Below are positions 36,650-49,794 of a stretch of DNA of 64,000 nt, one piece after another. Position numbers and translations under genes: made by a program. This stretch comes from Mobula hypostoma. Its lineage: Eukaryota. The first letter of the stretch is position 1. Each line of letters begins with the position of its first letter. The stretch is taken from contig NC_086106.1 of assembly GCF_963921235.1 (NCBI RefSeq), positions 23,374,001 through 23,438,000 on the forward strand. The letters run 5' to 3'. The notes beneath the pieces are model-generated. The model saw only the letters and a program-made list of their open reading frames with translations, was not told the origin of the DNA and searched no databases.

Positions 36650-38696
36650 TACCCTTAAAGCTACAAGTAACATATGTCAGAGATCAGCATACAGGTAAAG
36701 CAGATGCAGTGGTACGTGTCTCAGGAAGATAGACAGCGAAAACTTCACGACAGAGGACATATGTTTCGTGGGTTTAAACTGCGACGTTGGCCAGACTAAA
36801 GATCAAAACTATGTACAAATTGTCGCCGTCAGATTTGTTGAAGGCCATTTTCCGCTCATTCCTATCTCTCATATGAACCAGAGCGTAAAAATTGCGCAGA
36901 TCAGTTTAGGAAAATATGGTTGCTCCCAGGGAATATTCAAAAGACGAACCCAGCAGGGGAAACGGGTACTGGTTCCTGGCGGTAATATTGTTCAGTAGGC
37001 GATAAATGATGCCCGGATGGAGCTCTTAAAAAAAAAGAAAGAAAACGTGCCTGCTGCTGCTAGTAATTGACGGGCAGATAATCCCCATGGCAAATATGTT
37101 CTTGATGTATTCCTCCTTGGCCACAATTTCAAGATGAAGAGGGGAAGTAGCGATTAAAAGGACGATCCGTGCAAAGTAGGAGAACTATGGCAGAGCTGTA
37201 TGGCAGGCGGAGGGGAAGGGAGTGGACCTATTTTAACTGAAATCCTCAAGAATATCTGCATAGTCAGCCAGAATCCCAGAGAATTCCTTATCCTAAGCTC
37301 ACAAAGGAGGGGATTCATTGAACAGAGCTTGATCTGAACTCAGACAATTAGTCCAAACTGGTGGAATGCTTCAAATGACACATCTATGATAAGATTATAT
37401 CGGAGTAAGCAGGGGAAGTCAAGCACCAGTGGCAGTTCAAGGGAATTAATCATATTTAATGACAATTGGTTACTATGCTTGTCTTCGAGGACAAGATCAA
37501 TGACTTGCGTAGAAACATGTATCTGGCCGACGCCCAGAGGTCGGGGATTCAGGTCCTTAACGTTGAACTTTTCCTCTCATTGCTAAGTCGGTACCCCACA
37601 TATTTGAGCTAGAGAGACATATACATGAGATTCTCATCTGCACTGGAGTCGAAAACACCCTTAGGGTCATGGATGTGAAATGCCAACGTTAAGAAATTTC
37701 GAGCATTACATAATGAGAGGCACGTGGCTGCGGATAGATTCGACGCGTAGGGAACGTGTTGGAATTCTAAAGCAGGAGTCAGGTCTGGCCTACACTGGCT
37801 ATCGCAGTGAGTTCAGGGACGGCGGCCATGAAAGTAGAAATTGCAGACACCGGATATAATTATCTGTGGTAAGCTGTTCAACAGTTACGGCAGCGGATGG
37901 TATATGTTCTGCCACAAAAAGACTGGGCTTCCCGGTACGAGATTATTTGCTTTATTGCTACATTAAATTCACCCAGAATATTGGTGTTTGTCTCCTACCT
38001 GACCAAAGTATCTCAGAGCCAAAATTAGCAGCTGTCTCTCTGCTGGGTACACATGTGTGTGGTCAAGACTTGCTGGCAGTACGTTCGGATCTAACCCATG
38101 TGGAGAGAGAACCTCTAAAGAGGTAAGATAGTCGACAGACTTGAAGACAAACGGAGGGTTAAGGGAATATAAAACCATGAAGGTCAGGTAAAACAAGTCG
38201 TTAACTAAAACTGTGAAATGTAAGACTGTCTGCCAACACGGCGGCTGAAAAGAATAACTAAATCTTAAACGTAAACTGCTAGTCTTCAACGTCAGGTGAC
38301 ACGACAATAAATTTTCTCAGGCAAGGCCGAAAGCCAGTAGACAGAATAATGTTGCAGTGCTTTGATCATATCTCGACATGCGCGAGGATGAAAAGAAGTT
38401 GGTTAAATACAGCCTTATTGAAATAATAATTGTTGTGGAAGTCGGTAGTTCAGTTTAATTAACTGGGGGCCGGAGCAGTCCGACGCCATTTAGACAAAAC
38501 ATTTTACTTTTGCCATTCTGGTCATCAGTTGCATTGACTGCCTAGTATCATGTACACGTGTTCCGATTTATGGCTTGTGTTTGTTCGATGTGAAATAAAA
38601 TCTTTATTCTGAATCTTTATTCTGACTGTTGTAGAAACATAATCTAATAGATATCCAGTTGTCAGACTGGCATAGAGCTTGCTTCTAAAAAAAATA

Positions 38697-38960
38697 TTTG
38701 CATGACTGTTGTAATTATATTAAGCTCATAGCTTTTTCATTTAAAATGGTAATATTGTATTTGAAGGTTCAACTGGAAATAAAACTTTCTCTCAAAGCTT
38801 GCTTGTAGGTATCTTCAAAATTGTTCGCATGACTATGATCATTATATTAAACATATAGCTTTTTTCCCCTGTTCAAAATGGTAATATTTTATTTGATGTT
38901 TCGACTGGAAATAAAACTTACTCCGAAAATGTGCGTGTAGGTATTTTGAAGCGAACTGTG
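38697..38960. repeat. Diverged ~130-bp tandem duplication
   Basis: gcatgact..ttatattaa..catagctttt..aaaatggtaatatt.tatttga..actggaaataaaactt..gtaggtat occurs twice in tandem. Confidence 0.75.
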
Positions 38961-40477
38961 TGCAACAGCATCCCTGCCTTTGATGAAAATAAAGCACAGT
39001 ATATATTGACATCAATCTTGATATTACAGAGAATGAGGATGTTTTGGTCGGAAGGGACACATGTAATGTTTGAAATAAATAACCTTGAAGTCATTGTAGT
39101 CCTTCACCAAGAAGTAAAGCATTGGTCTATGCAACATTGCTGTTCACACAGAGGAGACAGCACATGGAACATTATACCAATTGTGCGGTCTGGAGAAATA
39201 CTGCCACGATATTCTCCAGGTTGTACGTTAAAAAGTGACAAACTAATTTCCCAGTGCGTGATGTCGTGTCATTTAGACGAATAAACGAGGTCAGATTATT
39301 GTTAGAGTGTTTTCCTGTTATGGCTTCAATGAGGAATTAAGTCGTTTTGAACCAGTATTGTACAGAGCTGGTTCAAGAAATTAACTATAGAGTTTTGACA
39401 GTGCTCAATGTTCATTTGCACTAACTTTGCGAAACGATATTGAGGAGACATGATCTTCAGATTAAGAATGTATTCGAATACGCTGGAAATGAGGGATTTC
39501 ATTTTCTCAAGTCAGCAACAGGATACATTCTCAACCACAAGTACGTGTAATCAGAAATTACAGACTATTTTATTCCATCATTTAAACTTGTCTTTCGGAC
39601 TAATTACACCACGCTGACACGTGCAGTTAGTGACTATTTAAACGATCACACAACACATAGTGTATGCCCTTCTTACTCTAGCATTTTTTTCTTCAATTAT
39701 ACACTTCGTAAATGCTATCAACAAGCCACTTGCAATTTACCTCATAGCCAATTCAGTTCTAATATATCCCAATCATCGTGGATCCCCGTCATCTTCCATC
39801 GGAATTCGCTCACAGTTATCCTGAACCAGATGAATCTCGGTTTGTCGACCTCCGTCATTTTATGTAATTCAGAGGCGTCCCTTCTTACTCACCTCAGCTC
39901 ATTGGAGAACGAACCTGGAGGGTACAGTATCTGCTAATACTGCTTCATTTGATGCAGCCTCTGGTTAATCTCCACTGCCCCTCTCCAGCGACATTTCCCT
40001 GTAGCTAAGTTAGCAGAACTACACACAGACCTCCGACAGAGGTCTGACCAATACCTGTACTTCATAAATTAGGATTATAATCTCGCATTTATCTACTCAC
40101 TACATAGATACTTGAAGGCCACTATCTCACCTCCATCCTGCGCTGTCACTTTTACGAAACTACGTGAGTACTTTTGAAACCCACTGATATTCTTGGTTGC
40201 GCAAGTCGAAGGAAGACGTAGATCCGTCTCGCCAAACACATGAAATTGTGACGGTTTCCTACCGGACACCCAGTATTGTGTGGATGCAGTGAAATTTGAA
40301 ACCCTGTTACAAATCAGTGCCAAGAAACAACAGACAGAACACTTCATGCAATTAAAAGGATTGCATTTATAAATCGTACCTAAGGAATTAGTGAAAAAAG
40401 GGGAAACAAATATCTGAATAAAAAAAAGTCCATTACTATTAAACAGTAAAACAGATCCTCAAATGATCTTAGCGCCT

Positions 40478-41712
40478 TGTTGCGCGGAATGAGGCGAACC
40501 CAAATGCAGGACACTGACTCGGAGGTAGCGTAATCAAAAGAGTGTTTATTAATGTTTGTGGAGAAGGCCGGGGAGCAAGAATCAGGCAGAGGAAATCCAA
40601 GGAGTGAGCTAGGCTGGACCGGAGATCGAAATGTGTCGCTTCGGAGAGAACGCAGCGTTTAAACACGGTGCAGCGGCAAATGTAGGCGGACGGCGGGATG
40701 AGGCAGAGCAGGGATGCGGACAAGGATATGATCGTGTCTGAGAGAGAACGGCAGACGGCATGCCATGCTCCTGTAAACACGGAGAGAGAAAATTAACACA
40801 GTGTAATAGAGCGGAAACAGAACTTAGAATACACAAGTCTAACCGGTCGAGAGACAGAGATAACACAAGCCAACTGCGCGGGAATGGATCTTAGAATACA
40901 GAATTTTAAGCAGTCGAGAGTCAGGGTTAACACGGCCCAACAGCGCGGAAACAGAACATAGAATACACAATGCTAAGCAGCCGAGAGAATGGTTAACACA
41001 GGAAAACAGCGCGGGAACAGTGCTGAGAATACACAACTCTAAGCAACTGAAAGTCAGGGTTAACACAGACAAACAGCGCAGAAAGAGAACTTAGAATACA
41101 GAATCCTAAGCAGCCGAGAGACATATTTAACACAGACAAACAGCGCGGGAATAGAATTTAGAGTACACAAATCTGAGCCATCGAGAGACGGAGTTAACAT
41201 AGGCGAACAACTCGGAAACAAAACTTAACACACACAATTCTAAGCGGTCGAGAGACAGAGTTACCACAGGCTAACAGAGCAGGTGAACGGAAGAGCTGGA
41301 GGGAGACATAAAATTTTCTTCAAACAGGGCGTAGCTGGACCTGAATGGCAAATTGGAGACAGGCGGCAGGCAACACTGATCTTGACACGGATGATTAAAT
41401 GGAAGGGCAATCGGCAGACTATTCTATCTTGACACGGAGAGACGGAGTTCCACAGGTAAACCTCAGTACTGAAAAACAACTTAGATTATTTATCCTGACA
41501 CGGGGAGACGGAGTTACACAGTTAAACCTCGGTACTGAAGTAAAACTTAGAATACTTACCTTGAGACGGACAGACAGAGATCCACATTGGCTGGAAACGG
41601 TCTGGCAATTAGTGGACGCAAGGCCGGAGTTTTAATGTTGCGGGTCTTGATAAGAAGCAGGTGTGTAACAATCAAAGAAGAAAATGGGGAATTAACGGTC
41701 GGGAGCATGACA
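40478..41712 (-). mobile_element. Solo LTR of Gypsy type (~1.23 kb) with internal minisatellite
   Basis: Minus strand begins TGTCATG and ends ..CGCAACA, with AATAAA near its 3' end. No clean TSD found. Confidence 0.7.
40794..41270. repeat. 67-bp minisatellite, about 7 diverged units, inside the LTR
   Basis: TAACAC anchors at 40794, 40861, 40928, 40994, 41061, 41128, 41195, 41262. Related 66-bp units at ~41428-41580. Confidence 0.9.
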
Positions 41713-41919
41713 TTCCTGGATCCTTCAAATCACTAATTGTCACACGAAGAGTTCTCTCCAGCCTCTTCTCTATTCAGCTCCCTCTCACATTCGAAAACAC
41801 TCGTTATCTCTAACAATAACCCATATACTGCTTCTACAAACACAACATAACGTTAGAACTGAAACGGTTCCCAGGGTATTATGCACTTCGCCACCAAAAT
41901 TTGTCATGTCCTCATGAAT

Positions 41920-43130
41920 ATGAGTCAGAATCTGATTCAGAAACAGGTCTATTATTACTGGAACCTGTCGTGAAATTTGGTAACTTAGCAGCAGCAGTTC
42001 AGGACAATACATAATATAAAAATAGGAACATATAATACAATAAGAAGTAAATCAATCACATTATATCGATTTTAAGTGGATTAAAATCGTGCAAACACAA
42101 ATAATATATATATTTAAAAAGTGAGGTACTGTTCAAGGGTTCAATATCCATTTCAGAATATAATGACAAAGTCGAATAAATTGTTCCTGTATCGGAGCAT
42201 GAGTCTTCAGACTGCTGTACTTCCTACCTGATGGCAATAGTGAGAACGGAGCAAACCCTGGGTGATGGAGGCCTTAATAGTGGACGCTGCATTTCTGAGA
42301 CGCCGCTCCTCGAAAGTGTCCTGGATACTTTGCAGGCTGGTACCCATGATGGTCCCGACTATATTCACAACACTCTCCAGTTTCTTTCGGTCCTGCGGAG
42401 TAGCTCCCCACCTCCCCTCCCCCATATCAGACAGTGGTGTAGCCAATCACAAGGCTCTCCTCCGTACATCTAAGGAAGTTATTGAGTGCATTTTTGACTT
42501 TCCAAATCCCTTCAAACTGCTAATGAAGTAATCGCTGTCTTTCCTTCCTTATAATTGCGTCGATGAATTGGGACCAGGTTAGATCCTTCGATATCTTGAC
42601 GCACAGAAACTGGAAGCTGCTCACTCTCTCCACTTCTGATCCATCTACGAGGATTGGTATGTGTTCCTTCGTCTTACCCTTCCTGAAGTCAACTATCAGC
42701 TCTTTCGTCATACTGACGTTAAATGTCAGGTTATTGCTACGACCCTACTTCACTAGTTTTGCGTATCTCGCTCCTGTACGCCCACTCGACACCATCGAAG
42801 ATTCTACCAACATTGGTTATATTATCAGCAAATTTCTGGATGATATTTCGCCTACGCGTAGCCAGACAGTCATTAGTATGTATAGAGTAGAGCAGTGGGC
42901 TACTCAAACACCCTTGAGCTGCACCAGTGTTGAGCATCAGCGAGGCGCAGATGTTATCACCAATCCGTGCGTATTGCGGTCTTCCAGTTAGGAAATCGAG
43001 GATCCAATTGCAGAGGGAGGTATAGAGGCTCAGGTTCCGTAATTTGTCAATTAGGATTGTGGGAATAATGGTCTTAAATGCTGAGCTATAGTTACAACAT
43101 CCTGACAAATGTATTTGTTTTGTACAGGTG
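41920..43130 (-). mobile_element. Rex1/Babar LINE fragment
   Basis: [41 protein letters not shown]. Confidence 0.85.
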
Positions 43131-43169
43131 TTCTAAATCAGTGTGAAGATCCATTGAGATTGCGTCCTC

Positions 43170-43835
43170 AACAAATATGTCTTAGCTCACCAAGGGGCTA
43201 GGCGACACACACTGTTCCCCAGGTACAACAAGGTTAATCTGTCTGGAGATCTCCTGACTTTTTGTGCTCCTCTTAACCCACCGTCTTCAGGCCCTCACAG
43301 TAATCTGGGGACTCTCTACCTGTTCATTTCCAGTGCCAGCTAGCATCTCAGGTCACCTCGTCACTTGTCTGAGCTCACCCTGATACACCTTTATTTTTAG
43401 TCCAGTCTCCCGTTATTTTCCAACTGCAAATATATCGAGCACCACTCCCCGCCGCAACCCCCACTCCCCCACCATTTCACCCGTTTCAGCGAGAGTAGGG
43501 TTGTTTATCTCTTCGTCAATTATAGGGTAGTTTACGAGGGGCTGTTTATACCACAAACAATTTCTCTCATCCTCCGAGCCCGTACTATATTCAGGGGTGC
43601 GTCGGTATCCCCACTTCGTCACGTCAATTCCTTCTAGGTGTGGGTCCAAAGCAGGCTCTGGGTCAACGCGTACTGCTTGTCCGAGATGTAGAAGTTGATT
43701 CCGATGGGGAATCACGACAGGTCCATTCCTAACCTTTGTTGTCACCGAGAAAACCCGTAAGTTTGGCCTCTGACTCTCCATGACCTCGTGCACAGCATCC
43801 CAGCTAGAAGTCAACTTATGCATCCCAGGTGGCGG
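43170..43835 (-). mobile_element. Gypsy pol 3' end (integrase C-terminal region)
   Basis: PGMHKLTSSW..ESQRPNLRVFSV..NGPVVIPHRNQLLHLGQ resembles the Gypsy integrase C-terminus (GKHKLADRW..HRNHLLP). Confidence 0.6.
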
Positions 43836-43839
43836 CAAA

Positions 43840-44681
43840 TTGAATTGAACTTATTTTATTACTTACAGCCTTCATATACTTGACGAGTAAAAATCTTTAC
43901 GTCTCCGTCTAAATGTACACTGAGTAACTTATAGTAATATGAAATAAATAGTATGCAATATAACACAGACATACAATTATATCAGCAGGAATTAATCAAT
44001 CTGATAGCCTGGTGGAATAAATTGTCCGCGGAGCCTATTGGTCCTGGAGTTCGTGCTGCGGTACCTTTTCCAGGAAGGTAGGAGCTGGAACAGTTTGCTA
44101 TTAGGGTGATTCCTGTCTCCAATGGTTCTTCTAGAATTTTTTCCACCTGCTGTTTGCAAATCTCTTGAATAGTGGGAAGTTCACATCTGTTATTTGACAC
44201 AGCCCTGAGGGGCACCTGCGTTGTGGTTCAGAAGAGGAGAGGTGGGGGAGGCCACAGTTTCCACTTGCCTGGAAACTGACAGGAAGTCTACGATCCAGAT
44301 AAACAAGGCAGGGTGATTGCTTAAGTCTCTGGGTTGCTGGTCGAGCCTGCAGGGCATTCTGGTGTTGAATGATGAACAAAGTCCAAGAAAGGCATTCTTA
44401 CAAAAGTATACCTCTTTCCAAGTTGTGTGAGGGCGGTGTGTAGAGTAATGACTATTGTGTCGTCTGTTGCTCGGTAGTGTTGGTGGGCGAATTGTAGGCG
44501 TCCAGCATGGGTGGCAGCATCCTTGAGCAGCATCTCAAAGCAGTTGCTTACTATTCGCTCAGACATGTTACGTTGGTCTGTTTAGGTGTAAGAGCAAGGG
44601 TGGCTGCTTTAAAGCTTGAGGACACATATAACTGGGTAACGAAGAGATTAAAATGTTTGTAAACACACCAGCCAGCTGTCA
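43840..44681 (-). mobile_element. Rex1 LINE fragment inserted in Gypsy (copy A)
   Basis: QLAGVFT, NCFEML, LQFAHQH..TDDTIVITLHTALTQL. Paralogous to 47825-48733. Confidence 0.65.
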
Positions 44682-44796
44682 AAAATTCTTTATAATGCTA
44701 GGTCTCTGGCCCTTATTTGGGAGAACCTAACATTTTCATTATACATCCCCTTATTTCCTTGATGCTGCTTGGTAGCCGAGACCTTAAGTAGATCAA

Positions 44797-46947
44797 TAGA
44801 CAATAGACAATAGGTGCAGAAGTAGACCATTCGGCCCTTCGAGCCTGCACCGCCATTCTGAGATCATATCTGGTCAGCTACTATCAATACCCGGTTCCTG
44901 CCTTGTCCCCATAACCCTTGATTCCCCTATCCATAAGATTCCTATTTAGCTCCTTCTTGAAAGCATCCAAGGAACTGGCCTCCACTGCCTTCTGAGGCAG
45001 CGCGTTCCACACCTCCACAGCTTTCTGGGAGAAGAAGTTCTTCCTCAGCTCTGTCCTAAATGACCTACCCCTTGTTCTTAAACCATGCCCTCTGGTACTG
45101 GACTGTCCCAGCATCTGAAACATATTTCCTGCCTCTATCTTGTCCAATCCCTTACTAATTTTACATGTCTCAATCAGATCCCCCCTCAATCGCCTTATTT
45201 CCAGCGTCTACAAGCCCAGTATCTCTAACCTCTCTGCATAAGGCAGTCCGGATATCCCAGGAATTAACCTAGTGAAACTACGCTGCACCTCCTCCACGGC
45301 CAGGATGTCCTTCCTTAACCCTGGAGACCAAAACTGCACACAATACCCCAGTTGTGGTCTGAGCAAGGCCCTGTACAAATACAAAAGGATTTATTTGCTC
45401 TTGTACTCAATTTCCTTTGTAATAAAGATCAACATTCAATTGGCCTTCTTCCCTGCCTGCTGCACTTGATCATTCACCTCTAGAGACTGATGAACAAGTG
45501 CTCCTAGATCTCTTTGTATTTCTCCCTTACCTAACTTCACACCGTTTAGATAATAATCTGCCTTCCTGTTCTTGCTCCCAAAGTGAATAACCTCACACTT
45601 ATTCACATTAAACGCCATCTGCCAAGCTTCTGCCCACTCGCCCAGCCTATCCAAGTCACCTTCAATTCACCTAACATTCTCATCACATGTCACACTGCCA
45701 CCCAGCTTAGTATCATCAGCAAACTTGCTGATGTTATTTACAATGCCTTCCTCTAAATCAATTGACGTAAATTGTAAACAGCTGTGGTCCCAATACCGAG
45801 CCCTGTGGCACACCACTGGTAACCACCTGCCATTCCGAGAAACACCCATTCACTGCTACCCTTTGCTTTCTATCTGCCAACCAGTTTTCTATCCATGTCA
45901 ATATCCTCCCCCCAATCCCATGAGCTCTGATTTTACCCACCAATCTCCTATGTGGTACCTTATCAAATGCCTTCTGAAAGTCAAAGTACACCACATCCAC
46001 TGGATCTCCTGTGTCTATCTTCCTGGTTACATTCTCGAAAAACTCCAATAGATTAGTCAAGCATGGATTGCCCTTGGTAAATCCATGCTGGCTCGGCCCA
46101 ATCCTATCACTGCTATCAAGATATGCCGCTATTTCATCTTTAATAATGGACTCTAGCATCTTCCTCACTACTGATGTTAGGCTAACAGGCGATAGGTCTC
46201 TGTTTTCTTCCTCCCTCCTTTCTTAAAAAGTGGGATAACATTAGGCATTCGCCAATCCTCAGGAACTGATCCTGAATCTAAAGAACATGGGAAAATGATC
46301 ACCAGTACATCCGCAATTTCCAGACCCACCTCCTTTAGTATCCTAGGATGCACACCATCTGGACCTGGGGATTTGTTAGCCTTCAGTCCCATCAGTCTTC
46401 TCATCACCGTTTCCTTCCTAATTTCAATCTGTTTCAGTTACTCTGTTACCCTATGTCCTTGACCCATCCATTCATCTGGGAGATTGCTTGTGTCTTCCCT
46501 AGTGAAGACAGACCCAAAGTACTTCGTAAATTAGTCTGCCATTTCGCTGCCTCCCATAACAATTCCTCCCAATTCATTCTTCAAAGCCCCAACATTGTTC
46601 TTAACTATCTTCCTTCCCTTCACATACCTAAAAAAAATGCTATCCTCCTTTATATTCCTGGCTAGCTTGCGTTCATACCTCATTATTTTTTCCTCCCCGT
46701 ATAGCCTATTTAGTTAAGTTCTGTTGTTCCTTAAAAAAAACCCCAATCATCCGTCTTCCCACTCACCTTAGCTCTGTTATAGTTCTACTTTTATAATGCT
46801 ATGCTATCTCTGACTTCCTTTGTCAACCACTGTGGCCACTTTCCCCCGTTTGAATCTTTCCTTCTCCGGGGGATGAACTGATTTTGCACATTGTGCATTA
46901 TTCCCCAGATTACCTGCCATTGCTGTTCCACTGTCTTTTCTGCTAGG
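44797..46947 (-). mobile_element. CR1 LINE with 7-bp TSD AGATCAA
   Basis: RT motifs (YFDFQKAFDKVPH, GVPQGSVLGP, FADDTKL); (CAATAGA)n tail; TSD at 44790-44796 and 46948-46954; empty site at ~48843. Confidence 0.92.
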
Positions 46948-46954
46948 AGATCAA

Positions 46955-47820
46955 AAGGTTTCCTCACCTCATATCAGACACATACTGCAGGTAAGAGACC
47001 TGTTGCCGATCTTCAACAACAGTCCTAAAGCAGAGGGCAACGGGCAACTTCCCTTGGCGCCCATACATCAGCTAACATGGCAGATCGTCGGTAGCTTCAT
47101 TCAATGGACAGTTGTAGCAGTGGAAAACGTATACTATATTTTAATTCGCTTGTCATTTTTACCGATCTCCATGATTCCAAGCATATCTGGAGAGGTCGGA
47201 TTGAACCACTCTACACCAAGCATGCTCATTAACTCATGCATGATCCCATACCCGAAATCCCTTCCCTTATCACTAGGTGTGCACCTAGGCAGTCCAATAT
47301 AAACGAAATGCTTCTCCCACAACACTGGTCACGGGTACTCCTTCTGATCCTTAATAGGAACGGCTTGTGCATATCGTGTGTAGTGATCCGTAAAACGAAA
47401 ATATTCGTTACGTTGCTGGCATCAGGGTTCATTGATAGGAAATCCAAACACAACAGATAAAATGGCCCGGTACGCTGAAAGTTCGATAGAAGAGTGGCTT
47501 CATAGTCAGCGCCTTCCTCTGTATACATGGATTGCACGGATTACAGAGTTATTCGACTTCCGGCTTCATTCCCGGTCAACAGAACCGATACCTGAGCAGA
47601 CCACAGATCTTGAAACCCCAAATGACCGGATCATTCAGATGTGACATTAACAAAATTATCCAATACTTGTCAGGTAGAACCAACTGGTAAATGCCGACGA
47701 CGATGTGTGAGCGACGTCTCCCCGTATAGAACCTGGTTCCTCAACTGCAATATGGCCCATTTTCTCAGTGGTACGGATACCGCTGCCACCCGTGGAGCAG
47801 ACAATATATGCTTCCCAGGT
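46955..47820 (-). mobile_element. Decayed Gypsy integrase core (copy A)
   Basis: LWEKHFVYIGLP..SDKGRDF..IMHELMSMLGV..DMLGIME resembles the rve core. Confidence 0.7.
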
Positions 47821-47824
47821 AGCC

Positions 47825-48733
47825 CCGAACTGAATAGAAATGACTTTATTACGTTGATTCCTACAAAAGCTCTGTACGTCTTCGTCTAAATAGAAAGATA
47901 GAAACATTAAAAAAAAACTACGGCATAGTACAGGCCCTTCGGGCCAAATTGCTGTTCCGAACATGGCCTTACTTTTGAACTACCAAGGCTTACCCAGAGC
48001 CTCTGTCTTTTCAAGCTCTATGGTCCATATAAATATACAATGTGCAATGTATAGTAATTTGAAATAAATAGTACGTTCATCAGGACTCTCACTATAACAC
48101 AGAAATGAAATTGTATCAACATGAAATTATCAGTCCGATAGCCTGGGGGAATAAACTCTTCCATAGCCTGTTCGTCCTGATGGTTATGCTGCTGAACCAT
48201 TTCACGGACGGTAGCAGGTGGAACAGTTTGCTGTTGATGTGACGCGGGTCCCCACTGAACCTTCGGAATATTTTTACTCATGGGTCTTTACAAATGCCCT
48301 GAGTGGTGCGAAATTCACAACTGTGCTACGCAAGGCAAGGCGAAGGCCGAGGTCTCCGAGCTTCTTATGGATCCTGGAGGAAATTACGGTGTTCAATGCC
48401 TGAACTGTAGTCCAAGAACTGCATTCTCACATCACCATCCTTGTTCTCTGGATGGGTGAGTACGGTGTGCAGAGCTGTGTTTAATGTGTCGGCTGTCGAT
48501 CGGGCGTGAGGGTAGGCGTCTTCCAGGGCTCCAGCATGGGTGGGACCATACTGCAGATGTAGTCCTTGAGCAGCATTTCAAAGCACTTGTTTTTTTTTTT
48601 ATTGAGGAGAGTGCAACAGGACGCCAGTCGCCCATACATGTTACGTTGGTCTTTTTTTTAAGTGCAGGAAGATTGGTAACTGGGAGACGCAGAGATTAAA
48701 AAAAAAAATTGTAAACACAGTAGCTAGCTGTCA
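47825..48733 (-). mobile_element. Rex1 LINE fragment (copy B)
   Basis: WRPVALSSIKKKTSALKCCSR. Collinear with 43840-44681. Confidence 0.6.
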
Positions 48734-49790
48734 TAATTCCTTTATAGGTTATCGGTCTCTAGCCATTAGTTAGGAGAACCTAATTTTTTGATTATACGTC
48801 CTCTTATTTCCTTGATTCTGCTTGGTAACCGAGACCGCAGGTAGTTCATAAGCCTTCTTTATCTCATAACAGACACATACTTCAGATAAGTCATCTGTTC
48901 TAGATCTTCACCACTAGTCCCGAACCAGAGGCAACGAAGAACTTCGCTTCGCGCCAAAACATCAGATAATATGACTAGCAGCCTGTAGCTTCATTCTGTG
49001 TACAGCTGTAGCAGTGAACCAGATATCCTATATATTGAGTTCGCATTTTTATTTTTCGGAATCTCCAAGGTTTCAAGCATGTCCAGCAATGTCCGATTCA
49101 ACTGCTTGGGCTCAACGCCAAGCATGCTCAATTGTTCATGTATGATCCCACACGCGAAATTCGGACAAACATAAACGAAATGCTTCTTCCACAACACTGG
49201 CCCCAGTGGACGCCTTCTGACCCAAGACACGGAATGCTTGTGCAAATATGGTGCAGTGATCCATAATAACCAAGACCTTCATTATGTTTCGGGCATCAGA
49301 CTCTATTGATAGGAAAATCATACACAACAGATCAAGTTGCCGCGTACACTGCTAGTGCGATCGTTGATCGGCCTTGTCTTCCTCTTAATACATCGAACGC
49401 ACAGCTTACTGATCTCTTCGACCTCCGGCTTCGTTCGCAGTCAATAGAACCGATATGTGAGTACACCACAGCCCTTGCAAAACCCAAAATGGCCGGAATA
49501 GTTATGAAGTGACTTCAACTCAATCCTCCAATTCTTCTCTAGCAGAAGCAACTGGTAACGCCGTGGTGGGTCTGGAGGCGAAGATCCCGGTATTGAACCT
49601 GATACCTCAAATTCAATATGGGCCGTTGTCTGAGTAATAAAGACACCGTATTGTGTTTCATATTGTCTGCATGGATAGTGTCCACTTTCGCCTCTCTCTA
49701 CCAAATACAGGTCGGGAACTGCACACCTGGTCAGCTTCGGGAAGTCCACACATTTCTGTACCTGTATTGGTACTGCTCATGTGGTTCCAT
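48734..49790 (-). mobile_element. Decayed Gypsy integrase (copy B)
   Basis: LWKKHFVYV..IIHEQLSMLGV..LNRTLLDMLETLE; YLKYVSVMR. Confidence 0.7.
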
Positions 49791-49794
49791 TATT

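Noticed and set aside
40794-41270. Regularly spaced repeats resembling a CRISPR array
   Set aside because: Whole 67-bp units are repeated with no unique spacers, there are no cas genes, and the context is a eukaryotic LTR.
43413-43838. 141-aa ORF as a novel protein
   Set aside because: Its motifs fit the C-terminal part of a Gypsy integrase that continues beyond the Rex1 and CR1 insertions.
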